From NCBI GenBank assembly GCA_946407375.1, contig CAMJNS010000005.1:1-61456 (forward strand): DNA of 61,456 nt, written 5' to 3'. How positions within the stretch are numbered: position 1 is the stretch's first letter; every line of letters starts with the position of its first letter. Below, one piece after another: positions 1-9,032 of the stretch. A program made the translations under genes and the position numbers. Origin of the DNA: an uncultured bacterium (GTDB lineage: Bacteria; Muiribacteriota; Ozemobacteria; Ozemobacterales; Ozemobacteraceae). The notes under the pieces were generated by a model, which was not told the origin of the DNA, did no database searches, and saw only the letters and a program-made list of their open reading frames with translations.

Positions 1-33
1 CAATGACGTATTGTAAATATAGACTACAAACGA

Positions 34-51
34 AAAAAGTTTGCGTTTGCC
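34..51 (+). repeat. 18-nt direct repeat AAAAAGTTTGCGTTTGCC, copy 1
   Basis: Identical 18-mers occur at 34-51, 20302-20319 and 60150-60167, all in the same orientation and all intergenic. Confidence 0.8.
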
Positions 52-128
52 CTGTCTACAAAACCAAAAAATCTTGCTATTTTTCTTTAAAATCTATATC
101 ATGGAAAATATTGACGGAGGGTTAATAA

Positions 129-989
129 ATGAAAAAACTTAGCATAATGTTCTTTTTTATAGCATTTATTTTCAGTTGTATGGTTCCTGCATACTCAGCT
201 GACGTAAATAACGGATTAAATGACACAATATTATCTCCAACAACTCCAGCTATTACTGGAAAAGCAGTGGATTCTCATATTAGAGTATTAGAATTTGTTA
301 TTCGTTCTAGAATGACTTTGGCTCAGAAACAAGTTTTTGTTAAAGCAATTATAGATGAAAGCAAAACTATGGATACTGACCAATTAAATGAATTTCTTGA
401 AGTAAATGATCTTGTAGACTCTCTCAATCAACTAACTCCACAAGATGCAGAACCCATAAGACAACTTCTAGAAAAAGATTTCCTAATGACTGCAAAATCT
501 TTGGTAGATCAAAAAGACCTTGCCGCAACTCAATTCCTTAAAATAAGAGAAAATTTGGGTAATAAAGTTGTTGCTGCTGGTGATGTTGTCATTACAAGAC
601 AATCAATAGAAGCTTTTGCTGAATATCTTGCTTTTATTGCTAATACTAAGAATCCAGTATGGCCAAATGAACTTTCTATGAATGCAACAGCTATGCGTGT
701 AAGAACAAATTTTGCTAAATATACAGAAGATGAAAAGGCAGCTTTGGAAGACTTCCAGTTAACTTGGTATCTTATCAGAGCCGCTTGGCAAACTGCTGAC
801 TCAAAACAAAAAGCTATTTGGCAGAAAAAGTTTAATAAAATTGGTTTAAAACCTGGTGTTGATGTAACTTCTGATAATATAAAAGCAGCTATAGACGTGG
901 ATGTTTATGGCGATATGTTAGATTTTGCAACAAAACAGGGTATTGAAGCAATTGAATGGTCTCCTAAGACCAAGGCATATATTTGGTAA
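129..989 (+). CDS. Secreted hypothetical protein (no recognisable domain)
   Basis: 286-aa ORF. GGAGGG lies a few nt upstream of the ATG. The N-terminus MKKLSIMFFFIAFIFSCMVPAYSA looks like a signal peptide. Confidence 0.6.
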   Translation: MKKLSIMFFFIAFIFSCMVPAYSADVNNGLNDTILSPTTPAITGKAVDSHIRVLEFVIRSRMTLAQKQVFVKAIIDESKTMDTDQLNEFLEVNDLVDSLNQLTPQDAEPIRQLLEKDFLMTAKSLVDQKDLAATQFLKIRENLGNKVVAAGDVVITRQSIEAFAEYLAFIANTKNPVWPNELSMNATAMRVRTNFAKYTEDEKAALEDFQLTWYLIRAAWQTADSKQKAIWQKKFNKIGLKPGVDVTSDNIKAAIDVDVYGDMLDFATKQGIEAIEWSPKTKAYIW

Positions 990-1000
990 GGAGAATTAAT

Positions 1001-1585
1001 ATGGCCGCTATAGCTTATAGGAGAAGGTATCATATTCACGAAGCAATTGGTGCTACTAGCCTCAATGAGTCCTACATGATTTCAGATCCTGAATCGGGCT
1101 GTGGTTTGGCCGCTGTTGATGAAAAAACAGGTATTGGAGTTAAAATAGGAAAAGCATTTTTTGATAAGTCTTTATTGCCAGTAAAACTTGAAATGGTTTC
1201 TAGTGAAGGCAGTTTAATTCTTGAAATGTACCAACCAATTTCTATAATTAAACCAGTTTTTACTGTTAAGAGCTCAGAAGGACGTATTTTATGCTTTTTA
1301 AAATCCAATTCCTGTTTTTTAAAACCTTTTATTGAAGTTTTGGATGAACGAGAACAAATTATTGGTTCCATTCAAGGAAATTGGCATTTTAATAATTTTG
1401 AATTTAAAGATGTTGCTGGAAAAAGTATAGCTACTATAAGTCATTGCTATGGTGGCTTTTTGCGTGAAGCTTTTACTACAGCAGATGATTTTGATGTACA
1501 AATGCTTTCAGAAACACCTGATTCTAGCATGGCAATGGTAACATTAGCAGCTGCTATTGCTATTGATGTTTGGTTCCACGAATAA
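1001..1585 (+). CDS. Phospholipid scramblase / LURP-one-related (Tubby-C-like) family protein, putative
   Basis: ORF track gives 983..1585. I prefer the ATG at 1001 because AAGGAG sits at 988-993. The C-terminal segment GNWHFNNFEFKD..FTTADDFDVQM..LAAAIAIDVWFHE resembles the scramblase-family C-terminus (recognised from memory). Confidence 0.5.
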   Translation: MAAIAYRRRYHIHEAIGATSLNESYMISDPESGCGLAAVDEKTGIGVKIGKAFFDKSLLPVKLEMVSSEGSLILEMYQPISIIKPVFTVKSSEGRILCFLKSNSCFLKPFIEVLDEREQIIGSIQGNWHFNNFEFKDVAGKSIATISHCYGGFLREAFTTADDFDVQMLSETPDSSMAMVTLAAAIAIDVWFHE

Positions 1586-1696
1586 AAAAGTCAAATTAAC
1601 TTGTTTCCTTTATGGAATCAGGATGCCAAACTATAAAGTAAAATATATGCTTTTCTTTTGAATTACAGAAATTTTTAAACTTTTATACATTGCATT

Positions 1697-2695
1697 ATGG
1701 CTAAATCAAGAGATTCTATTCGTTTTTTAGATTTTATTTATTTGACTTTCGGTTCTTGGCTACTAGGTTATTGTGTCGCTGCTTTTACAGCCCCTAATAG
1801 TATTGTTCCTGTTGGTTTAACAGGTATTGCTACTATTTTATATGGTATAAAACAAGTTCCAATAGGATTAACTATTTTAATAGGCAACATTTTTCTTGTT
1901 GCTATGCAAATTAAAATGGTTGGCAAGAAAACAGCTTGGAAAACGATTTATGTTACCATAGTTTCTTCAATCGCTACAGATATAATGATGGGAGCTTATC
2001 ACTTTGGGGATTTGTCACCATATTTAGCTTTTTTAGACTCTATAGAAAGTCATTTTATTGTACATCCACTTACAACTGATTTATTCTTAGCTACTTTATA
2101 TGGTGGAATTGCTTCTGGTATAGCTATGGGGCTTATTTTCAAAACAGGTGGAACAACAGGTGGTACTGATATTATCACTCAGATAATACATTTTGCTTAC
2201 AAGCTTCCAATAGCTCATGTTTCTATGTGTTTGAATATCGCCGTTTTATCTGCTTGTGCTTACTTTAAGGGCATGCACCTTGCAATGTATAGTATTCTGT
2301 ATGTTTATATTTCAAGCAAGGTAATAGATATGGTTTTAGAAGGAGTTTCTAGTTTTAGAACAGTATTTATTTTTACTTCTGAACCAGATGTTATTGGTTG
2401 GGCTATAATAGAAGATCTTCGTAGAGGGGCAACTGTTCTAGAAGGTACAGGTATTTATTCAGGCAAAAAAACAAATATTTTAATGACTGCCATTAAAAGA
2501 GGGGAATTGCCTCTATTGAGAACTCTTGTTTACGAGTTCGATCCCAAGGCTTTTATAATTGTTGCCGATGCCAGACAGATTCTTGGTCAAGGTTTTGCCA
2601 AACTTGAAGACGAAATTAGATTCGATACGTCAGAAGTTGAGCAGAGAAAACTTGCTCAATCTTCGTCAGATAAAGAATCTACACAGGCAAAATAA
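1697..2695 (+). CDS. YitT-family membrane protein (DUF161 repeats plus DUF2179-like C-terminus)
   Basis: 332-aa polytopic ORF with a GGTTGGTDII motif. The soluble C-terminal segment is YSGKKTNILMTAIKRGELPLLRTLVYEFDPKAFIIVADARQILGQGF. Confidence 0.8.
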   Translation: MAKSRDSIRFLDFIYLTFGSWLLGYCVAAFTAPNSIVPVGLTGIATILYGIKQVPIGLTILIGNIFLVAMQIKMVGKKTAWKTIYVTIVSSIATDIMMGAYHFGDLSPYLAFLDSIESHFIVHPLTTDLFLATLYGGIASGIAMGLIFKTGGTTGGTDIITQIIHFAYKLPIAHVSMCLNIAVLSACAYFKGMHLAMYSILYVYISSKVIDMVLEGVSSFRTVFIFTSEPDVIGWAIIEDLRRGATVLEGTGIYSGKKTNILMTAIKRGELPLLRTLVYEFDPKAFIIVADARQILGQGFAKLEDEIRFDTSEVEQRKLAQSSSDKESTQAK

Positions 2696-2975
2696 TATAT
2701 TGATTATTCTTTAAAGTTTAACTGGCCTCTATAAAAGACAACAAATTTGCAGTGGCTGCAATTAAGAGTGAAATATGGGCTTTGAAGACCATTGTGTGAA
2801 TGTTTGGACATTGGGGCATTACATTGTGGACATAACATAATCTCTTGTTCTCCTGTCTTGAAACTCTCTTTTTTTAGGGAAGAATTTTACCAGTAAATAT
2901 ATCGGCATTTTATATTTATTAATTTAGCTTTTTTTTACTACCTCGATTTTTATTTGCTATTGTATAATTATAATA

Positions 2976-3530
2976 ATGAATAACAAACCAACAATAGCTG
3001 CTTTTATAATATTAGTTTTATCATTATTTCTAGCTTTCTTAATTACTGCTTCGGAACAAGATTCCAGGGCTTCTAAGAAAGATGTAGAAGTATATACTGT
3101 TAAACAGCCAATAGATGTTCCTTTAAATCTATTTAATATAGAGCCTATTCCCGCTTATAAAAGAGTTAGAGGTTTTATAAATAATGAGTTAAAAGGGGAA
3201 AGGCGGTTCCTTTTTTTGTTGGTAGATTCTTTTGAAATTGAAATATCTGACTTTTGGAGAGAAGTATTAAACACTTTTGAAATTTTTGAGTATTACAAAG
3301 CTTTTCCAGAAGCTTTTATAAGAAGACTTGTGATTATGCCAACTTTTACTGGAAACAAAGTTCTTCTTGAAAATGACAATATTGATGAAAAACCTATGGT
3401 TTACCCAGACTATGATTATCGTTCTATAAGATATAGAGTATCTTTGGTTCCTGATACTATTGATAGAATTAAAGCTGTTATTGATTTTTTCTTTTCTAGA
3501 TTTTCCATTTCTTTGGGTTTTCAAAAATAA
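2976..3530 (+). CDS. Membrane-anchored hypothetical protein
   Basis: 184-aa ORF with an N-terminal TM segment IAAFIILVLSLFLAFLITA. No SD is visible, and TGTATAAT at 2961-2968 sits immediately upstream, so the mRNA may be leaderless. Confidence 0.5.
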   Translation: MNNKPTIAAFIILVLSLFLAFLITASEQDSRASKKDVEVYTVKQPIDVPLNLFNIEPIPAYKRVRGFINNELKGERRFLFLLVDSFEIEISDFWREVLNTFEIFEYYKAFPEAFIRRLVIMPTFTGNKVLLENDNIDEKPMVYPDYDYRSIRYRVSLVPDTIDRIKAVIDFFFSRFSISLGFQK

Positions 3531-3594
3531 TAAAAAACTTCTTGCCAAAGATTCGATTTTGCATACTTTTTCTTTTTATCACATGGAGGTCAGT

Positions 3595-4164
3595 ATGTTA
3601 AACCGTAAAATTGGCATATATATAAGTGCTTTCATAGCTGGCATAGTTATGATAGCTGGTAGTAATCAGCTAAAAGCAGCTTTAGAGGGCTGGGAGTCAG
3701 CTCCAGATATGGTGTCTATGCATCCGAATACCTCACAGGCATTTACTGGTTCTAATAAAGGTATTGGACAGTTTGATAGAAATGGAGATGGTGTAATCGA
3801 CTTAATTATTACAGATAGAAATGCTGATGGAAGACCGGATTACTGGGCTACAGACAGAAATTTCGATGGTCATTTCAACGACTATCAGTATGACCGTAAT
3901 TTTGACGGTAAAATAGACCAGTGGGAATATGATTTAGACCTTGATGGAGTGTCCGACAAAATATATGTCGATGCTGACGGAGATGGTAAGGCTGAACTTT
4001 ATGCTATATTAAATCCTATCAATAAAACTTATACTTGGTATGGAAATATGATTGCAAAGGAAAAAGCTGCAAGTAATGTTAGCGCATTTCCTACCATAAA
4101 TACATATAATCCCTCTGCAATAAAAAATAATTATAAAGGAGGAGCTGCTACTGATTCTCTTTAA
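3595..4164 (+). CDS. Membrane-anchored protein with tandem DxDxDG-type (Ca-binding-like) loops
   Basis: ORF track gives 3460..4164. The internal ATG at 3595 is preceded by GGAGG at 3585-3589 and starts MLNRKIGIYISAFIAGIVMIAG (TM). Repeats are listed in the findings. Confidence 0.55.
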   Translation: MLNRKIGIYISAFIAGIVMIAGSNQLKAALEGWESAPDMVSMHPNTSQAFTGSNKGIGQFDRNGDGVIDLIITDRNADGRPDYWATDRNFDGHFNDYQYDRNFDGKIDQWEYDLDLDGVSDKIYVDADGDGKAELYAILNPINKTYTWYGNMIAKEKAASNVSAFPTINTYNPSAIKNNYKGGAATDSL

Positions 4165-4190
4165 TGTAAAAATATTGTATAATACTTTAC

Positions 4191-5549
4191 ATGAAAAGAA
4201 TAACAATTACCTCAATCTTATTATTTCTTAGTATATTAGCTAATAGAGCTGCTTTCTCGGAAGAGCAGCAAGTAGAATTACCCAAAACTGAAATATCAAA
4301 TGTTTCTGAAGCAGAACAAAGAAAAGTTTTAGCTTCAGAAACATTTTTATTTGATTATACACAACCTGAAAATCGTATAAATAAACAGGAAGAAGAATCA
4401 TCAGAGATAGATGGTGAAACAGAGAAAGATAGGGTTAAAGTAAAGCCAAAATCAAAAAAAAAGGATAAAGAAGCTAAACCTGATGATACTTGGTTGGAAA
4501 AGTCTACAGGTAGACAACTTAACAGTTTAAAGACAAATTTAGAAGAACTTCAAAAAGTTTATAACACTAATTATAGAGCATTTAGAATTGGATGTGCCAT
4601 AAATTCATTTGAAAAAAACGATGGTATAATAAAACGCAATTTTTATCTTTTGCTAGATAGTACAAAACAACAACCATTTTCTATATATGCTTCTTCTTAT
4701 GTTTTTCCTGAATTATTAAAAATTAATACAGAAAAAATCTGTTTGTTTTTGTTAGATATTGAAAAGACTTTAACAGATGAAATCAAAGATACTCCCGAAG
4801 AAGTAGATAGATTAATAAAGCAAATATCAAATTCATTGAATAGTTATGAAAAAATTAATGAGGCTTATAAAGGTCTGATTTTAAAAGAAGAAGAAAATAT
4901 AAATAAGCTTGAAAAAATAAATTTCAAGACTAATAATTTATCTGAAACAGGGTTTTACATTAAAAAGACCAATAAAAAGATTATTGAATTAGTTAAAAAT
5001 CAGATTGATTTAATGCAGACTCTTTCAGAGCAGCTAACTTTTGCTATAGAATACAGCAAAGAACAATTAAATTTTATTAATACTCATAATCAAAGTATTC
5101 CTGTTAAAAGTAAGTATATTGCTGAAATTAGAAGTAGTTTCAAAGATTTTGAGAAGTTTTTAGAAAGCTATGAATCTAAGCAGGAATATAATTTCCATCT
5201 TCTTACCACAACTAATAATGAACGTTTTTCAGAACTTGAAAAACTGATAGGTACAGAAGAAATAAGGGAAGCTTTTATAAAAAAGCATATTAAATCAAGT
5301 GTTTATTCTCCAGAAACAAAGGAAATACCTCTTTTTATTGCAAAAGAGGATTTAAATAAAATATTTGAATTATTAGAAATTACAGAGCTTGATAAAGAAC
5401 TTTATGGGAAAATGCTTCCCTATGTAGGTGGCGAAAGCTGGTTCTGTCGTTACGAGGAAGAAAAGACAGAAAAAGATAAAAAAACAGAAGAAAAAGCTTT
5501 TGATAAAAGTAACAAGCCTAAACTTATCGACTTCGAAGAAGAAGAATAG
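4191..5549 (+). CDS. Secreted Lys/Glu-rich coiled-coil hypothetical protein
   Basis: 452-aa ORF. The N-terminus MKRITITSILLFLSILANRAAFS is signal-like. No recognisable catalytic motifs. Confidence 0.6.
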   Translation: MKRITITSILLFLSILANRAAFSEEQQVELPKTEISNVSEAEQRKVLASETFLFDYTQPENRINKQEEESSEIDGETEKDRVKVKPKSKKKDKEAKPDDTWLEKSTGRQLNSLKTNLEELQKVYNTNYRAFRIGCAINSFEKNDGIIKRNFYLLLDSTKQQPFSIYASSYVFPELLKINTEKICLFLLDIEKTLTDEIKDTPEEVDRLIKQISNSLNSYEKINEAYKGLILKEEENINKLEKINFKTNNLSETGFYIKKTNKKIIELVKNQIDLMQTLSEQLTFAIEYSKEQLNFINTHNQSIPVKSKYIAEIRSSFKDFEKFLESYESKQEYNFHLLTTTNNERFSELEKLIGTEEIREAFIKKHIKSSVYSPETKEIPLFIAKEDLNKIFELLEITELDKELYGKMLPYVGGESWFCRYEEEKTEKDKKTEEKAFDKSNKPKLIDFEEEE

Positions 5550-5599
5550 TAATATGTTATCATCAAAAGAGAATCTATTAAAATACCTGGAGTTAAAAC

Positions 5600-6490
5600 G
5601 TGGCTTTAAAAGAAGAACAAATTAAATTACGTGATACAAAAGGTTTTCGCGTAGAAGATACATTTACCAATTTAAAAGAGAATTATTTCCAACCTTTAAT
5701 TGAAGACGAAAAAAAGATAGTCGAAGAATATGAAAAAGCCTTGTTCGGTAAAGTCGGCTGTGGCGGAGCTTTTTCTTATGGTTGTCTTATTCCTGTAGCA
5801 TTAGGTTTTGTAATTTCCTCAGTATTACCTTCTTTTTATGCAAATCCTTATGTGAGAACTATTATTAATGCTTTGATTATTACTTTGGCTGAGTATTTCC
5901 TTATTGTTTGGTATAACAATTCTGAGTTTGAAGATAAACATAAAAAAGCATCTCCTTTTTATGTAAGAATTATTAAAGATTTGTTGTTGCCTTTTACAGG
6001 AGTTATCTCCCAGGACATGAAAGATGATTCAAAAATAACTCTGGTTACTAATTTAAAAGAAATAGCAACAAGTGCCAACAAGCTTACAGCAAGTCAGATT
6101 GCTGAAAAAGGCATAAGAATGAAAAGAGGGCTTTCTGTTTACGAAAGCGATATTATGGATTTAACAGCTACTATGGCTGATGGCACAAGAGTAAACTATC
6201 ATCTTCATCAGATTTTGAATGAAGTTTATATTTATAAAAAGCGCGGAAGTAAGCATAAGGAAAAAGGTAAAATAACTTTAAAAGCTATGTTTGTTGTTCC
6301 TGCAAAAATCTATTCTCCTCTTCCTGAAGGTCAGATAAAAATTGGCGATTATGTTGCTGTTGTAAATAGCGGAGAAAAGAACCAAAAGATTGTTATTAAA
6401 GATGTTGTTGAAACAACAAGATTAGAAGAAGCTTTAATAAGAGAAAAGGCAGTAGATATGATGGCTGCTGTTTACTCTGTGTTGGGTTGA
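5600..6490 (+). CDS. Membrane hypothetical protein
   Basis: 296-aa ORF with a GTG start and GGAG upstream. Two predicted TM helices (CLIPVALGFVISSVL, IINALIITLAEYFLIVW). Confidence 0.5.
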   Translation: MALKEEQIKLRDTKGFRVEDTFTNLKENYFQPLIEDEKKIVEEYEKALFGKVGCGGAFSYGCLIPVALGFVISSVLPSFYANPYVRTIINALIITLAEYFLIVWYNNSEFEDKHKKASPFYVRIIKDLLLPFTGVISQDMKDDSKITLVTNLKEIATSANKLTASQIAEKGIRMKRGLSVYESDIMDLTATMADGTRVNYHLHQILNEVYIYKKRGSKHKEKGKITLKAMFVVPAKIYSPLPEGQIKIGDYVAVVNSGEKNQKIVIKDVVETTRLEEALIREKAVDMMAAVYSVLG

Positions 6491-6505
6491 TCGAAGAGGT
6501 TATTT

Positions 6506-7294
6506 ATGAAACTTAAATCACATTTAATAATATTTATATCGCTTTTTATAATTAATTTGCTTTTGGTTGGAATTAGTGTTTTTGATGATTCTTCTCCTGC
6601 AAAGGGTGGTTATTCTTATAAAAGGATAGTTCCAGATAAAGTAAAGTTTAAATCTGCTCAAAAAGAAGAAGCTCTTGTAATAAAGACAAATAAAGCTTCT
6701 GGCACAACTAAGCTAGAAATCAATATGAATGATTATCATGGCAAATTAGTAACTCTTGAGCTTAAGGCAAAAATAGATCCTAATAATCCTAGAAAAATAA
6801 AATATAAATATAGAGATGAAGATGATGATAAAGCAACTTTTGTTGCAGTAAAGTATCCCGAAAAAAACAAAGAGGGAGAAAAAGTTAAAGAGGATGATAA
6901 AGATAGTTTTAAAATTTTTCTTGAACGAAATGGGCAAGAATCACTTGTTTGCAAAGTTAAATTCAGTTCAGGAAAAATGAAAATAGGTTCAGACGAAGAA
7001 CTAGCAACTCCTACATACGAAATAAAAAATGTGGCTGAAAGAAAAAAGAAAAAATATGTTGAAAAATTAAAAGTTTATCACAAAGGTAATTATATAGCTT
7101 CTGTAAGCCAATCAAAAGAATCTGGCAAATATAAAGTTAAAAAAGTTTTAGGAGAACAAGAAGACAAAGAAGATTTATACAGCACAAAAGACCTTAATTA
7201 TATGTCATATGCTGTCGGAGTTATGGGTATAGAAGTTATGGACCCAAGACTTAGAGCGGTTGTTGTTGCTGAAATTTTGAAAAAGGAGAAATAA
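6506..7294 (+). CDS. Membrane-anchored Lys-rich hypothetical protein
   Basis: 262-aa ORF with GAGG upstream and an N-terminal TM segment LIIFISLFIINLLLVGISV. Confidence 0.55.
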   Translation: MKLKSHLIIFISLFIINLLLVGISVFDDSSPAKGGYSYKRIVPDKVKFKSAQKEEALVIKTNKASGTTKLEINMNDYHGKLVTLELKAKIDPNNPRKIKYKYRDEDDDKATFVAVKYPEKNKEGEKVKEDDKDSFKIFLERNGQESLVCKVKFSSGKMKIGSDEELATPTYEIKNVAERKKKKYVEKLKVYHKGNYIASVSQSKESGKYKVKKVLGEQEDKEDLYSTKDLNYMSYAVGVMGIEVMDPRLRAVVVAEILKKEK

Positions 7295-7295
7295 T

Positions 7296-7862
7296 ATGGC
7301 AAACTGCCAGGTAAAAACAGGTTTTTTAGTTTTAAGGGACTGTGAAAATGAAGCGATAGATACTTGTTCTATTTGTGGTTGTGGCGTTTGTTTTAAGCAT
7401 AAAAGAACTCATCCACAAAGCCAGCAGACTTGCTGTATTGACTGCTATGCGAAATCATTAGATGAAGCTGGTGGCGGAAATTCTCTAGATGTTGATGAGA
7501 ATCACTGTTGTAAATGTGGTAAAGAAGTAGTAGTAAAAGCAGGTAAAAACAATCCTAGAAACAAAGTTATAGACCCTGAAACCAATAGGGTTTATTGCCA
7601 AGATTGTTATGACCATATGACAGGTGATACTTCTGTTTCAGGAGTTGGTCTAATGGGTTACGGTCTGTATGATGATGATTACTGGTATGGCTATAGACAC
7701 AGCTATTATAAGCACCATCATTACAAACCTTTATCAAGAGGAAGTCATCATCACGGAGCTTTCAAAGATGATGAAGTCAGAGCTTTTGACCCTAAAAATA
7801 ACCCACAAGAGCAAGGAATGATTGATGATTCCAGCGACAAAGACAATGTTTTTGATAGTTGA
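7296..7862 (+). CDS. Cys-rich (zinc-ribbon-like) protein with a Tyr/His-rich tail
   Basis: 188-aa ORF that starts 2 nt after the previous stop. Two CxxC...CxxC clusters (CSICGCGVC..CCIDC; CCKCG..CQDC). Tail YWYGYRHSYYKHHHYKPLSRGSHHHG. Confidence 0.55.
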   Translation: MANCQVKTGFLVLRDCENEAIDTCSICGCGVCFKHKRTHPQSQQTCCIDCYAKSLDEAGGGNSLDVDENHCCKCGKEVVVKAGKNNPRNKVIDPETNRVYCQDCYDHMTGDTSVSGVGLMGYGLYDDDYWYGYRHSYYKHHHYKPLSRGSHHHGAFKDDEVRAFDPKNNPQEQGMIDDSSDKDNVFDS

Positions 7863-7893
7863 TTAATAATTCCTAGCGATAGATTATTTTATA

Positions 7894-7925
7894 AGCTCCT
7901 CCAACTCTAGACTGTTGGGGGAGTT
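7894..7925. repeat. GC-rich hairpin module (GCTCCCCC-loop-GGGGGAGC family) between convergent genes
   Basis: AAGCTCCTCCAACTCTAGACTGTTGGGGGAGTTG. It shares the TTATAAGCTCC lead-in with the 13115 copy. Confidence 0.65.
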
Positions 7926-7963
7926 GTTATGTAACAGCAGAGTAAATCTTTTAAAAAATAAGT

Positions 7964-8971
7964 TTAATCTTTAACTTTTTCATTTTCTGTCTTCATTTTT
8001 TCATAGTTAGGATTAAATTCGCTGATTTTTATACCTTCCAAACAGAGTATTATTATTCCAAAAATTAAAATATAAAAATATTGAACTCCATGCATAACTA
8101 TTGCAAAAGCCATACTTTCATTTTCTGTATGCCCAAGAATTTTTGTAAGTGTAAAAACACATAAGTATTCATAAACTCCAAGTACTCCCGGACTAGCAGG
8201 TATCATTGATGAAATGGACAAAACTGTTAAAATAAAAGAAGCTTGGATAATATTTTCCCCAAAACCGAAACCTTTAAGACAAAGCCACATTGTTAACACA
8301 GAACTTGCCCAGCAGAAAGCAGAAGAAACTATTATTTTTACAAGTCTTTTAAAGTCTTTTATGGTTGATAGCCCGTCTACGAACTTAGATATAAGATTTT
8401 TTAAGAAATTTCTAATTTTAGAAGGAAGAATACTAATAATCTTTTCTGTTATTAATTCAAATATGTTTCGTTTAAAAATGGCTAGTATTATTCCAACTAA
8501 GACTAATGCATAGAATACTGCTGTAATAATGCCTGCTTGTTTGAGCATTTCGCTTTGTGCAAAAGTTTGAAAAGATATTAGGATGAGAGTTATTAACATG
8601 ACTCCATCAAAGAATCTTTCTAATACAACTGTCCCTAAAGTTTCACCAGAGTCCGCGATTCCTTTTTTCGCGTAGTAAAATGGCTTGAAAAATTCTCCTG
8701 CTCTAGCAGGAAGAATGTTATTAAAGAAAAAAGTAAGTAGAAGACCATAGAAGGAATATTTGAACGTCATTTTTTCTGCTGGTTGGATTATTAACCAGCG
8801 ATAAGTTCTGGTAATCATTTCTAATGTGTATGACAAAAGAACTAAAACAAAATAAGTAGGATCCATGGCTAGTATAGCATCAGGTATAGCATAAAAGTCT
8901 ATTCCTCTAAGTGCTAGCCACAAAAATAATATACTGAAAAAAAATCCCCAAAACTTTTTGTACTTTGACAT
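7964..8971 (-). CDS. Flippase-like / lysyl-phosphatidylglycerol-synthase TM-region (UPF0104) family membrane protein
   Basis: 335-aa polytopic ORF. The N-terminus ...LWLALRGIDFYAIPDAILAMDP...TRTYRWLII is typical of UPF0104 (recognised from memory). Confidence 0.65.
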   Translation of the reverse strand: MSKYKKFWGFFFSILFLWLALRGIDFYAIPDAILAMDPTYFVLVLLSYTLEMITRTYRWLIIQPAEKMTFKYSFYGLLLTFFFNNILPARAGEFFKPFYYAKKGIADSGETLGTVVLERFFDGVMLITLILISFQTFAQSEMLKQAGIITAVFYALVLVGIILAIFKRNIFELITEKIISILPSKIRNFLKNLISKFVDGLSTIKDFKRLVKIIVSSAFCWASSVLTMWLCLKGFGFGENIIQASFILTVLSISSMIPASPGVLGVYEYLCVFTLTKILGHTENESMAFAIVMHGVQYFYILIFGIIILCLEGIKISEFNPNYEKMKTENEKVKD

Positions 8972-9032
8972 GATTGTATGGTACCATTAGTAAGCTATTT
9001 TCACAAATTATATTTAAAGGGCTTATTTTTTT

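Noticed and set aside
3460-3594. The 5' extension of the 3595..4164 gene. Similar extensions are 43335..43397 for the last pseudopilin, 983..1000 for the scramblase-like gene, and 35390..35419 for the CheW-like gene.
   Set aside because: In each case an internal ATG with a proper SD gives a sensible N-terminus (a TM anchor, a class-III signal peptide, and so on). The extension overlaps the upstream gene.
5428-5625. A 65-aa Lys-rich ORF bridging the end of 4191..5549 and the start of 5600..6490.
   Set aside because: It overlaps both neighbouring genes out of frame. Its composition reflects the A-rich Lys/Glu coding of the real frame.
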